IMG/VR virus record: IMGVR_UViG_3300042343_000347
Origin: a virus
Reading direction: 5' to 3' (one strand)
DNA length: 64,000 nucleotides
In this document: positions 42,418 to 51,958 of the stretch, one piece after another
How the letters are laid out: each line of letters begins with the position of its first letter
How positions within the stretch are numbered: position 1 is the stretch's first letter
The notes under the pieces: model-generated
Database searches by the model: none
Seen by the model: the letters and a program-made list of their open reading frames with translations, nothing else
Told to the model about the DNA's origin: nothing
Position numbers and translations under genes: made by a program

Positions 42418-42801
42418 ATGACGATATCAAGAGACTTTTTTAAAAAACTAAGCGACAATCACCCTTTCATTACGGTTGTCTCTTTCGCCAGCCAGGATTA
42501 TGTAGGAATAATGCAGAACCGTGACGATCAATGCACTAGCATTTACGACTATGGTTCTATAGTTGATGCGAAAATTAAGGAACTATTCTTAGAATTAGGG
42601 GATGTCTGGTGGTGGGAAAGCAACCGTCAGATTCCTATAAATATCTTCCTTAAGGAAGATTGGAATCCGTTTAAGCCCTATCTTAGAACATTTAATAACA
42701 AGAATTTGACTATACTTCACGGCCCTATAGTCAGCCTTAATGAATTAAACAAGCGCAAAACTAAGCGCCGTAGCATCACATTAGTTAAAAGACTTCCTTA
42801 A
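42418..42801 (+). CDS. Hypothetical late protein
   Basis: TATAAATA 7 nt upstream of ATG. Confidence 0.7.
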   Translation: MTISRDFFKKLSDNHPFITVVSFASQDYVGIMQNRDDQCTSIYDYGSIVDAKIKELFLELGDVWWWESNRQIPINIFLKEDWNPFKPYLRTFNNKNLTILHGPIVSLNELNKRKTKRRSITLVKRLP

Positions 42802-43278
42802 TCTTTTCTTTCTGCGATTTTTAGCCATCTCTAGGCTGAGTTTCGCCACCCTCGTATCATAGCAGATACCGTCTAAATGATCAAGTTCGTGCTGAAATAC
42901 CCTAGCGATCAATCCTGTAAACTCAGCCTCGATCTGTTCCCCCATAGCATTATGATATCTGACTTTTATAGTCTCTGCTCTACGCACACGCAACCATAGA
43001 TCAGGGAAACTTAGACAACCCTCTTGATCCATGATATTTCCGCTAGCATCTAGTATCTCAGGATTCACACAAGCGTATAACCTGTCTTGATTTCCCATGA
43101 CAAATATGCGCTTGTTTATTCCTACTTGGGGGGCAGCAAGGCCTATACCATTGTGTTCCATCATCACTTTGATCATGTGTCTAACTAATTCGTTAGGATC
43201 ACCGTCATTAACGAAGCACCATGGATTGGCTGTTTGCCTAAGTACTTCGTCTGTTTCTTTAACTAATTGTAAGTCCAT
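42781..43278 (-). CDS. def: Peptide deformylase
   Basis: GIGLAAPQ, EGCLS, HELDH. Confidence 0.95.
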   Translation of the reverse strand: MDLQLVKETDEVLRQTANPWCFVNDGDPNELVRHMIKVMMEHNGIGLAAPQVGINKRIFVMGNQDRLYACVNPEILDASGNIMDQEGCLSFPDLWLRVRRAETIKVRYHNAMGEQIEAEFTGLIARVFQHELDHLDGICYDTRVAKLSLEMAKNRRKKRLRKSFN

Positions 43279-43843
43279 CTGATATTAAATTCATATGCAC
43301 AACAACAAGATGCGCATAGGCAACTGCGTGTGACTTTTTAAAACTATAAGTTCCCTCTTCACGATCCCATATTGTTTTCGCGACATCGGCCCAACACTTG
43401 CCGATCAAGTGTTTCTTGCCTGGTCTTATCACAGCAAGAAACATTGCTAGTCTAGGTATAGTATTTACTGGTTCAGGCATCTTACGTAAAGTATTATAAT
43501 GATTACCCAAGTGTATTAGTTTTTCTACGATAGTAGGATCGTTGAACATGTTCCAATCGGGATCGTCCATTAACTCTACGAGATGCTTTTCATCACGCAC
43601 TTGATTGTAAACGTGTACGTTAAGCAAGTCTAATTTGAGATATCCCCTATCTTCTGCTTCAACATAATCAATGCTCGACATATCGTTAACAGGATCATAA
43701 GGAATGTCTGTGACATACACACCAGTGTTATGTCTTTTAACCTCATCTTTGCGTATGCTGGCTTTGGTATGACTAATCAACGACAACAATTTATCTCTGT
43801 CACCCAAGTCAATGTCAATATCACTCTTAAATTTCATGTCCAC
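43259..43843 (-). CDS. Miniature DNA polymerase III alpha (DnaE)-like protein
   Basis: SDIDID, HNTGV, KLDLL, A.IRPG, Y.FKKSHA.AYA in DnaE order. Confidence 0.75.
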   Translation of the reverse strand: MDMKFKSDIDIDLGDRDKLLSLISHTKASIRKDEVKRHNTGVYVTDIPYDPVNDMSSIDYVEAEDRGYLKLDLLNVHVYNQVRDEKHLVELMDDPDWNMFNDPTIVEKLIHLGNHYNTLRKMPEPVNTIPRLAMFLAVIRPGKKHLIGKCWADVAKTIWDREEGTYSFKKSHAVAYAHLVVVHMNLISDGLTIS

Positions 43844-44055
43844 CTCAATATAAACAACATCGCTGCCTGCTCATCACGGAATCTATAATAATCGTACAAA
43901 GGAACTCCAGCAACAATACCTTGTGCTATATCAGTGCCATAACGATACCACTCACGATCAAACTGACCTATATTAGTTTCTAACCAAGGCACTACCTCTG
44001 TATGATCATAGTAGGTTTTACATTCAAAGGGAAATTGCTGTTCAAATTCTTTCAT
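43834..44055 (-). CDS. Small paralogue family member A
   Basis: WLE.NIG...W; FRDEQAAMLFILRW. Confidence 0.65.
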   Translation of the reverse strand: MKEFEQQFPFECKTYYDHTEVVPWLETNIGQFDREWYRYGTDIAQGIVAGVPLYDYYRFRDEQAAMLFILRWT

Positions 44056-44273
44056 GCCTCGCCCCACTTCAACATAAAATAACTAGCATTGCTATCGTTG
44101 TAAAATGTAAACACAGTATATCTAGGAATATCTCCTATCATTTCATCCCAACGACTTTGATGAAATGCGAAATCAAAATCAGTTCCCTGCACCCAACCCA
44201 TGTCTCTAAGTTCTTGCACTATCTCTACTACTCTTAAAGGATTTATGTGTTCTATTACCACATCTCGGCTCAC
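44052..44273 (-). CDS. Small paralogue family member B
   Basis: FTFYNDSNASYFMLKW. Confidence 0.65.
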   Translation of the reverse strand: MSRDVVIEHINPLRVVEIVQELRDMGWVQGTDFDFAFHQSRWDEMIGDIPRYTVFTFYNDSNASYFMLKWGEA

Positions 44274-44818
44274 TTTGTAAGTCCCAACTTACGATATGCT
44301 TCTTGCACTTTGATAGCCTGTCGTTCAGCATCTTCTACAGCCTTGTGCGTAGTCTTATATCCACCGTCTTTAAGTTTTACATTAGCGACTTCATACAATG
44401 TCCTTGTATCACGCACCGTATAGAATGGCCAAGGAATAGGATTAGGCCTATCACTCAATACTTGACGGAACGCTGTCTCTGCTACAACAACGTCAAAACT
44501 CGCACCATTGCTCCATACTGCTCTGCGATTCCAACCGAACTTATATAGTTCTTCCATGCACTCGCGGAAACTGATTCGTCCCCTATCGCCCATAGCCTCT
44601 TCTTGTGCTTCAGGGCTTTGCTCTCCCCACCAACGAATCGTATCATCATTGATCACACGATTATGAATCTCAGTCTGGTCTTCGATAGTAGGACGTAGTT
44701 CAAGTTTCTGTACCACACCATCTCCATATGGATCGAAACGAACGACGCCAATGGTCAATATGACACAGTACGGACTTGTGTCAAGAGTTTCCATATCGAT
44801 CATAATATCATTTGCCAT
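44270..44818 (-). CDS. DEDDh 3'-5' exonuclease
   Basis: IMIDMET, WSNGASFD, RDTRT, H.A.EDA. Confidence 0.88.
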   Translation of the reverse strand: MANDIMIDMETLDTSPYCVILTIGVVRFDPYGDGVVQKLELRPTIEDQTEIHNRVINDDTIRWWGEQSPEAQEEAMGDRGRISFRECMEELYKFGWNRRAVWSNGASFDVVVAETAFRQVLSDRPNPIPWPFYTVRDTRTLYEVANVKLKDGGYKTTHKAVEDAERQAIKVQEAYRKLGLTK

Positions 44819-45061
44819 TTATTCTTTCCATATCCTATACATAGTTATCAATTTGCTAGACCATATCTCTATAGTATATCCCCTAGTAGTACCATGAAAG
44901 TCCCATCCATCGCCTCTGCTACCAAAGTTTCTACGACACCATTTGATCACTTCTGCACAATTATCTTTGACTTCAAATTTAACTCTATCATGGTCACGTG
45001 GATTATCATATACCACTGCATCTGCATAGTCAATAACAGGAACAAAATTACTATTAATCAT
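44819..45061 (-). CDS. Small paralogue family member C
   Basis: WCRRNFG.RG.GW. Confidence 0.6.
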   Translation of the reverse strand: MINSNFVPVIDYADAVVYDNPRDHDRVKFEVKDNCAEVIKWCRRNFGSRGDGWDFHGTTRGYTIEIWSSKLITMYRIWKE

Positions 45062-45323
45062 ATTTCAACCTAAAAATAAGATACTTCTGTTCGTCAGTTA
45101 CAGTATAATCGTCTGTGATCCCAGTATCGTTTAATACTAATTTAAAACCATACTTCTCTTCTATCCAAACAATGAATTCATCTGCATCAAAATTACGCCC
45201 ACCTTCGGTGAAATCTTTTCTGAGTTTTTTTAATGTTTCCCAGAAATCCCAACGCGCTTGACGCTTTTCAAAATCAGGATCATCGTCATCATAATCCTGA
45301 AAACTTTTAGGGACGTTTATCAT
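45054..45323 (-). CDS. Small paralogue family member D
   Basis: WIEEKYG; VTDEQKYLIFRLKY. Confidence 0.6.
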   Translation of the reverse strand: MINVPKSFQDYDDDDPDFEKRQARWDFWETLKKLRKDFTEGGRNFDADEFIVWIEEKYGFKLVLNDTGITDDYTVTDEQKYLIFRLKYD

Positions 45324-46020
45324 TGCTAGACCAGATATTATCTATCTCTGACACTTCATCAATTATACTATGGTATAGATAATTAAACAACAATGCAGGT
45401 CGTTCTAATTGCCCATTATTTGGCATACTGCTATGTAACACGCGACAATTGTACATCAATAAACTACCGCGGGGCATATTATGTTGTTTGACATTCTGAA
45501 TGAACCAACGATCATAGTTACCACTATAACACTTGTGTATATCAAAATCGCGCTTTTGGCTAAACGGGACCAATCCAGTACTACCGTTATTTTCATTCAA
45601 ATCAGATAATGACACTATACATTGCACACCCAACAGTCGCTTGTCATAGTTCCATTTATCGAAACGATGGGGTGTGTCAACGTGAGGATTAACCCATGTG
45701 CTACCACTGTTGATGAATACACAATCGCTAGCATAATGTTTTAGATTAGGCAGATTGTGTTCTATGATAGGGTCGATATACTTCTGTATCTTCTTTACTT
45801 CGGGAAAGTCAGTCACAGATTGGCTCCACCATACGCTGATATCTTCTAAGTTTTTGATATCATCACGCTCGGCATAGACTTTCTTGCTACTGCTAGCACG
45901 TACAGGGTACAGATCCTTCAATCTACTATTAAAGTCGGCTATCAATATTTCTGGGATAAAACTCTCCCATACTATATAACCCTCGCCGTTTTCAATCGTT
46001 GATTTTACGTTTCTCATCAT
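45307..46020 (-). CDS. 2OG-Fe(II) dioxygenase (PhyH-like)
   Basis: HVD, NGSTG.VP.S, HSSMPN, R.ALL. Confidence 0.8.
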   Translation of the reverse strand: MMRNVKSTIENGEGYIVWESFIPEILIADFNSRLKDLYPVRASSSKKVYAERDDIKNLEDISVWWSQSVTDFPEVKKIQKYIDPIIEHNLPNLKHYASDCVFINSGSTWVNPHVDTPHRFDKWNYDKRLLGVQCIVSLSDLNENNGSTGLVPFSQKRDFDIHKCYSGNYDRWFIQNVKQHNMPRGSLLMYNCRVLHSSMPNNGQLERPALLFNYLYHSIIDEVSEIDNIWSSNDKRP

Positions 46021-46238
46021 TCCCACACTAAACTAAAATGTATAGCATCTTCTTTATCTTTAAACATGAAATCCATGAACTCTTCTGTTGGATGGGTGAT
46101 GAATTTATTACCCGGTAATCCAAATTGTTCTACAGCCCATATGCACGTTTCATCCCAACTATTTACCGTATCACCATGCTTCCACGGAATACGTATGGTA
46201 TACTGATAATTATCATCCTTGTATGCGTGATATATCAT
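46017..46238 (-). CDS. Small paralogue family member E
   Basis: WAVEQFG.PG; FMFKDKEDAIHFSLVW. Confidence 0.65.
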   Translation of the reverse strand: MIYHAYKDDNYQYTIRIPWKHGDTVNSWDETCIWAVEQFGLPGNKFITHPTEEFMDFMFKDKEDAIHFSLVWE

Positions 46239-46942
46239 CAGTATCCTGCGGCTTTTAGTAATTCTTTCACTTCATTGATGATATTTGCTGATCTTTTGAA
46301 CTTGATAGCCCATTGTTCTGGATTGATATATTCAAAAATCATCTTTTGTTGTGTGACATCTAGACTTTCAATGAATTCTACTCCGCTAGTGCTATGATAT
46401 AACATCCAAGGACTTATTTTTCCTTTCGTAATCTCAAAGCATATTTTGTTACGATTACCATATCTCAACGTATCTTTGTTAGGAATTTTATCATTTTCTG
46501 CTAATGAGATACATGTTTCTATGCTACGTGCGATAGCATCTAGTGGATCCTCTGTCTTCAAAAAATCCATGATGAACTTAGTATAGTTGGTATCGCGATT
46601 CCAATTGTCGATACTGATCTTTTCTTTCAACAACCAATCTGCATATCTACTAGGATTTAATACTTGTGCTTCTACACAATAGTTACCGAACTTGACGAAC
46701 GCTGTATAATATGCACTTTTAGCAAATTCCATATAGTCTTTCTTTGACTTACGGCTATGCTTGCTATAAAACTGCACAAAGGCTGCATGACCTATACGAT
46801 TGCCATGCTTATCTTTATCCTGCCATCTACGCTTCGTCTCGCATAGATGTTTCTGCATGGTACTTTCTCTAATAAAAGAGCGACCACAGAAATCACAACT
46901 ATGCTCAGTTGCCGAATTGTTTTTCGTATTCTTGGATATCAT
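46238..46942 (-). CDS. Hypothetical protein with an N-terminal Zn finger
   Basis: CDFC...F......KHLC; start uncertain. Confidence 0.7.
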   Translation of the reverse strand: MISKNTKNNSATEHSCDFCGRSFIRESTMQKHLCETKRRWQDKDKHGNRIGHAAFVQFYSKHSRKSKKDYMEFAKSAYYTAFVKFGNYCVEAQVLNPSRYADWLLKEKISIDNWNRDTNYTKFIMDFLKTEDPLDAIARSIETCISLAENDKIPNKDTLRYGNRNKICFEITKGKISPWMLYHSTSGVEFIESLDVTQQKMIFEYINPEQWAIKFKRSANIINEVKELLKAAGY

Positions 46943-47492
46943 CGTCTGTGATGAAATTACTAAGTGCTTCAATGTCATCAAAATTCATTTCTGGAAATTT
47001 TTCTGCTAGATATACCTTCTTTTTGTTCTCAGAAACATAGAGTTTGCTGATTTCATCTATCAACTCTTTATCTGCTTTGGGATATATCTTGCTATAATAG
47101 TCTCGTATGTCTGATAATTTGGCTGTATCTTTCAACTTTGCCACACGCTCAGATATTTGGGGAATCCATTGACGGAATTGTTTACCTAATTGCGGACTGG
47201 CAGAACACAACATCAGCCACTGTAGTTTAGGATGTTTACCTACGACCTCATTGAACATATGTTTATTAGCGAACTCATTTCCTGCTAACACATGGTACTG
47301 TTGTGCTTCAGTCTTGCCCTTGATATAACTAAACCATTTGATCAACATGAATGGATTGAACTTTTGTTTTTGTTCATCGGTCAGTCGATCATAATAGCCA
47401 TAGTCTTTATTATCTAATGCCGATAAGGCTTCGAACAAGTCGAAATCTTGTTTATCAAATTTTTCGTCTGCCGATACCTTTGCTTTAGCCAT
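46905..47492 (-). CDS. Probable clamp-loader small subunit (gp62-like)
   Basis: DLF..L.A...K, F.PFM..KW.S, N..AN; replication cluster. Confidence 0.55.
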   Translation of the reverse strand: MAKAKVSADEKFDKQDFDLFEALSALDNKDYGYYDRLTDEQKQKFNPFMLIKWFSYIKGKTEAQQYHVLAGNEFANKHMFNEVVGKHPKLQWLMLCSASPQLGKQFRQWIPQISERVAKLKDTAKLSDIRDYYSKIYPKADKELIDEISKLYVSENKKKVYLAEKFPEMNFDDIEALSNFITDDDIQEYEKQFGN

Positions 47493-47493
47493 G

Positions 47494-47793
47494 TCAGTTC
47501 CTTAGATGTTCGAATGTGATGATCTTACCGATCTCTTCACCTAGATCCTTATCGTCTGTTATGACATGCAGTCCGTGATTGTTGCGATCTTTGTGTCTGT
47601 CATATGCTCTAGTCTCAATCACATGACCACCATTTGCACGATAAACGGTAAAATTCATGCCGTTACTTTCAATACTATTGTGCCCGCCGCGAATGGTAGC
47701 CGCCTTAGTGCTGACAGGTATTGCTTCAGAGTCATGTCTATTATCCCATGCTTCTATACATTTTTTAGCGAACCACTTATTAAACCATTTCAT
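47494..47793 (-). CDS. Hypothetical protein
   Basis: SD AGGA; 99 aa. Confidence 0.7.
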   Translation of the reverse strand: MKWFNKWFAKKCIEAWDNRHDSEAIPVSTKAATIRGGHNSIESNGMNFTVYRANGGHVIETRAYDRHKDRNNHGLHVITDDKDLGEEIGKIITFEHLRN

Positions 47794-47803
47794 TTCTTTT
47801 CCT

Positions 47804-48304
47804 TTAAAAAACTTGATTGTAATCTACGATCTCGCAGTTACGGCTGATCTCTTTAACAAAATATACACAACGGGGTTCAGGACCGTCATCGATAGGCACA
47901 CACAAGAATTGTCCGTTGCGTAATCGAGGAGCATACCACGTGACATCATGATATATGTCAACGATCTCTACGGGCAAAAAACTTGGGCTGAAACTAGTTA
48001 ATGGATTGAATTGAAACGCATTAAATCCACGATCATTAAGACTACTCAATGGTAATGTTTCAAGGTCTCCGTGATCGGGTTCACCTATCAATATTTGCCA
48101 GTCTAATGGCATCTTGATAGTCTTGTCACCTATCCTCAACACAAGAGCGGCACTATTGAAACTCTCTACAAAGATTAATGGGATATAAAAATAATCTACG
48201 TTTTGTGGATTGCTGTTGTCGAGTATAGAAAAACGCAGATCGTCTATCTCATCCGGCAACGTCTCTAAGTTGTAATATATATTATCTAAGGTTAAAATTC
48301 TCAT
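47804..48304 (-). CDS. Hypothetical protein, possible degenerate HINT fold
   Basis: Beta-strand pattern resembling intein blocks B and F without the catalytic residues. Confidence 0.6.
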   Translation of the reverse strand: MRILTLDNIYYNLETLPDEIDDLRFSILDNSNPQNVDYFYIPLIFVESFNSAALVLRIGDKTIKMPLDWQILIGEPDHGDLETLPLSSLNDRGFNAFQFNPLTSFSPSFLPVEIVDIYHDVTWYAPRLRNGQFLCVPIDDGPEPRCVYFVKEISRNCEIVDYNQVF

Positions 48305-48310
48305 GTTGTT

Positions 48311-48339
48311 ATTCTACGACAAATGACATCAGTAGTCAA
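48311..48339 (-). promoter_or_regulatory. Sigma70-type promoter
   Basis: TTGACT-17-TAGAAT, ATG 6 nt downstream. Confidence 0.7.
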
Positions 48340-49783
48340 GTTTCTCAAGCGTAAATGGATACCTGGCTTCTTTATAATATGCTTTTCGTTGTGTCAGATG
48401 GCGCTTGGCAAATTTACAGTCACTAGTGATATCCCAAATCTCTACCTGATCTTTATCTTCTGCCTTACGTATGCCTCGTCCAATACTTTGTATAACGCGG
48501 ACAAAGCTCTTTCCGGGCTCAATAAGAACCAGATTAAAAATACGAGGGATATTAATACCCACACTGGCCACACCATAAGTCGCCACAATAATCTTTTTAT
48601 CACTAGTCTTAACTTCATCGTATTCTTCTTTTCTTTCTGTGAGTTTCGTCTCACCGCTGATGAATACTGCATCATCTAACCTTTCTATAAGTTCTCTACC
48701 TGCATTTACGCGGTCAACTAATACCAATGTGTTGCCGCTATCTTTTATCTTATCAATCAATGCGGCGATCTTATCTAATCGTTTTTCATCTTCAAGCAAA
48801 TGTTTCAATTCGCTTTGATAGTTTGTGAATTCTACCCCGTCTTTCAATTGCACGATGTTCACATGACATTGTGCTAACACACCCTTCTCTTGCAATTCAG
48901 CCGCGCTGAGTTTGCCTATCACGGGTCCTAGACTTACTAGCAATGATACTTGTTCATACACAGCCTTAGGTATAGTTCCAGTCAGACCCCAGCGAATAGG
49001 GATATGGCTGAAAGGACCTGTTAATAGTTGTTTCAATGCATCAGCCTTGGCCATATGTACCTCGTCAACCATGACACAAACAACATCCTCGATGAACTCT
49101 TTGATGTTGACTTCTGCTTCACCTGCTTTAGTGTTCTTCAATAAGTTATTGAGGCTCTGCCAAGTACAGATAGTATGCTGTTTATTATATTCTTTTCTGT
49201 CACCGAAGTATACACCAACATCTAAACCAAGATTGATATAGTCTGCTTCAGTCTGTACCACAAGGCTCTTGTTAGGCACGATGACGATAGTTCGCCCATA
49301 TATTTCTACACTCTTTGATAGAGCCGCAGTCATGATAGTCTTACCTGCACCAGTCGCTACCTCTTGAATGCATTGTGGATTCTTCAAAAAGTTGTTGACG
49401 ATCTCTACCTGATAATCACGTAGCAGAATTGGCTTACCCGCCTCGACATGATTTTTAGGCCATACACATTCAGAAAACGAATCCACGGACACTTCAGCGA
49501 AACTGAAACTAGTCCGATATTCGCGCATGTCTACTAATTCAATATCGTAGTCGTACTCTTCTAGTATAGGAACGATATCAGGAATCAAGTTGACATATGT
49601 GCTACCGGCCAAACTACAATAACTAACCTTACCATTCCATCTACCGAGGCGTACCGCGGGCAGATAACGTGCGCCGGGTACTTCATGCTCAAACTTGCGC
49701 ATCAATGCCTTACGGCAATCTAACTCAAGACCTTCTATCTTGATGTTAACTTCATCTTTAATTATTATTTTTGCTTCTCTCAT
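48329..49783 (-). CDS. uvsW: UvsW-like SF2 helicase
   Basis: LRDYQ, ATGAGKT, DEVH, GLTGT, QSIGRGIR. Confidence 0.92.
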   Translation of the reverse strand: MREAKIIIKDEVNIKIEGLELDCRKALMRKFEHEVPGARYLPAVRLGRWNGKVSYCSLAGSTYVNLIPDIVPILEEYDYDIELVDMREYRTSFSFAEVSVDSFSECVWPKNHVEAGKPILLRDYQVEIVNNFLKNPQCIQEVATGAGKTIMTAALSKSVEIYGRTIVIVPNKSLVVQTEADYINLGLDVGVYFGDRKEYNKQHTICTWQSLNNLLKNTKAGEAEVNIKEFIEDVVCVMVDEVHMAKADALKQLLTGPFSHIPIRWGLTGTIPKAVYEQVSLLVSLGPVIGKLSAAELQEKGVLAQCHVNIVQLKDGVEFTNYQSELKHLLEDEKRLDKIAALIDKIKDSGNTLVLVDRVNAGRELIERLDDAVFISGETKLTERKEEYDEVKTSDKKIIVATYGVASVGINIPRIFNLVLIEPGKSFVRVIQSIGRGIRKAEDKDQVEIWDITSDCKFAKRHLTQRKAYYKEARYPFTLEKLDY

Positions 49784-50772
49784 TTGATCTCTACCGGTGT
49801 AGAATTAGTTAAATCAATCACTTTATCAATCTTTTTCATGTCCATCGTTCCTGCTCTAGACGACATAGTTTTAAGTAGTACCCCGTTATGATTTGTACTT
49901 TCAATAACATTTGAGGTTATTCCTTCCTTAAGTAATTTGATCTTTAGCATATTGTGTATGACTTTATTATATAGTACTTCTTTGGCAGTAAAAACGTGTT
50001 CTACTTCTAGTAATTTTAGCCATTCTATCAACTTGTCTATATTCGTCAAATCACTAGTGACAAAATAAGAACTGGCAAAAACTTTCAACGGCGTATCGCA
50101 AATTTCATTCGATATACAAATACCATATTGAGACAACTTGTACAAAGTCTTGGGATCATCGTCTAAGTGAATGTCTTTGATCGCATTACAAAGATGTTCA
50201 TTGATAGCAGACACATAGTAAAAACCATTCGTTCTTTTTAATGTAGGTTCCCAACTATAGTTCTCATAACCATCTACCACAGACAATAAGTTTTTGCACT
50301 CCGAAGAAAAATTTACAGTGTCAAAATATTCTTTTACAGAATTGACTGCTATCTTTAGCGCATAGGTTGAATACGTAGATTGATATACCTTTTTATCTTT
50401 GTCCCATACAAAGGTATTATCGGGCACTCCACGAAACTTAGTAACAAACTTAGTATTAAAAGGACTACGAATATGAATGTTATCCCCTTCTAGATAGACA
50501 GTAGCATCTAGGTATTCTTGAGCAGAATCGATTACAACAACATCCCATTTTAGTTCTAATAATTGTTCTATGTTGTGTCCCAACTTTTTTAATTGACGTT
50601 GATATTTTGTGAGCAATTTGTCAAATAATTTATTTTGATTTGTAGTTACCCGACTATTAGACTTCACAATATATTGCATATTATTGAAGAAGCCAAAATC
50701 TTTTTTGCTCAGGTGTACATGTCCAGCAACCATGTAATGAAGTAGGTGTTCTCTCTTTCTGAATATCATCAT
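49780..50772 (-). CDS. Hypothetical protein
   Basis: 330 aa, coupled to uvsW; TTGTAT-17-TAAAAT upstream. Confidence 0.7.
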   Translation of the reverse strand: MMIFRKREHLLHYMVAGHVHLSKKDFGFFNNMQYIVKSNSRVTTNQNKLFDKLLTKYQRQLKKLGHNIEQLLELKWDVVVIDSAQEYLDATVYLEGDNIHIRSPFNTKFVTKFRGVPDNTFVWDKDKKVYQSTYSTYALKIAVNSVKEYFDTVNFSSECKNLLSVVDGYENYSWEPTLKRTNGFYYVSAINEHLCNAIKDIHLDDDPKTLYKLSQYGICISNEICDTPLKVFASSYFVTSDLTNIDKLIEWLKLLEVEHVFTAKEVLYNKVIHNMLKIKLLKEGITSNVIESTNHNGVLLKTMSSRAGTMDMKKIDKVIDLTNSTPVEIK

Positions 50773-50806
50773 ATCATTTTAATATAATTAATGCCTACAT
50801 ACAAAT

Positions 50807-50835
50807 AAAAAGGAGAGGCCCTTTTCAGGGCCTCT
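50807..50835 (-). terminator. Rho-independent terminator
   Basis: AGAGGCCCT/AGGGCCTCT stem, GAAA loop on the minus strand, U-tract. Confidence 0.8.
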
Positions 50836-50864
50836 TCAATCCGCGGGCTACGGAGATGAGTCGT

Positions 50865-51911
50865 TTATACCCGCTTCATGACTGTATTCTCAGCAAGATT
50901 ACGCCAGTTAGTCGGGCTGATCTTGACGAGATCCGCGATCTTAAGAGCCATGCGCATAGACAACTCGCGCAATCGGGCCTTCTGATCCCACATGAACTGC
51001 AACACTTGATCACCTTCATCGAACTGAAAGAAGTAATCACGGAACAGACCACCATCGGTGTCATTGTGAACCTGCTTGATGCGCAACATCTTGTCACGCT
51101 CAGTGTCAATCGTCAAGTCAAGAAAGTGACAACGTGACTGCAACGCTTCCAAGTGATCCTGCAACTTCTTACTCTTCAAGTGATCAAACTTGATGTTCGT
51201 AATAAAGATACACGAACCATTGAAGTCAAAACTGTCGGGGATGCCTTCGCGGCGCAACATGCTAGAATCACTGTTCCAGTAAATTCTACGGCGCTTGCCA
51301 CTGTCAAGTGCGGCCTTGAGAATGTTCAATGCAAGATCATCCATCAACACGCTGTCACAGTCATCGAACACCAATACGTGATTCTTGTCACTATGCTTGA
51401 ACAATGTAGCATAGAGACCCAATGCCGTCATAGCACCCTTGACAATCTCAAACTTGATCGGACGACCCGCGATCTTGTCAAACATAGCAGCCTTCTCCAA
51501 CTGCTGTTCAACACCATAACTCTTACCAACGCCCGGAGGGCCTGATACGATCATTGCGCGAATGCCACCGTTAGTAGTCGCGGCAGACATTTCATCAAGA
51601 ATCGAAAAGCGGGTACGAATACGTGCCATAGCCTCGTCATCAGTTTCCTGAACGACAGGGGTAGACACAAATGCGGACACTCCTGCAGGTGCCGTCTCAC
51701 CACCAACAAACTCAAAATCACTCATTGATTCTACCTTCACTTTAACGGTGTCGATTGCGATATCAAACTGACCCTCGTTACGAACCGTAATATAATTACC
51801 TTTCTTACCTGACTGAAAGCCTTTGACCAATTTAAACTCAGTGTCAACTACTGTCGAGCCACGATAAGAACCCTTAAAAATACGAACAACTGACATACTC
51901 ATCTCCATCAA
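50865..51911 (-). CDS. AAA-type ATPase (early gene)
   Basis: GPPGVGKS, VFDDCD, IFITN, AL.SR; start may be the later ATG after GGAG. Confidence 0.85.
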   Translation of the reverse strand: MMEMSMSVVRIFKGSYRGSTVVDTEFKLVKGFQSGKKGNYITVRNEGQFDIAIDTVKVKVESMSDFEFVGGETAPAGVSAFVSTPVVQETDDEAMARIRTRFSILDEMSAATTNGGIRAMIVSGPPGVGKSYGVEQQLEKAAMFDKIAGRPIKFEIVKGAMTALGLYATLFKHSDKNHVLVFDDCDSVLMDDLALNILKAALDSGKRRRIYWNSDSSMLRREGIPDSFDFNGSCIFITNIKFDHLKSKKLQDHLEALQSRCHFLDLTIDTERDKMLRIKQVHNDTDGGLFRDYFFQFDEGDQVLQFMWDQKARLRELSMRMALKIADLVKISPTNWRNLAENTVMKRV

Positions 51912-51929
51912 TTAACGAACAATATAACT

Positions 51930-51958
51930 ATTATAGTCCCTTGCAGGGCTAATGTCAA
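51930..51958 (-). promoter_or_regulatory. Perfect sigma70 consensus promoter
   Basis: TTGACA-17-TATAAT. Confidence 0.9.

Noticed and set aside
50856-51545. Plus-strand ORFs opposite the AAA ATPase, uvsX and gp32
   Set aside because: Antisense to well-supported genes; explained by codon bias
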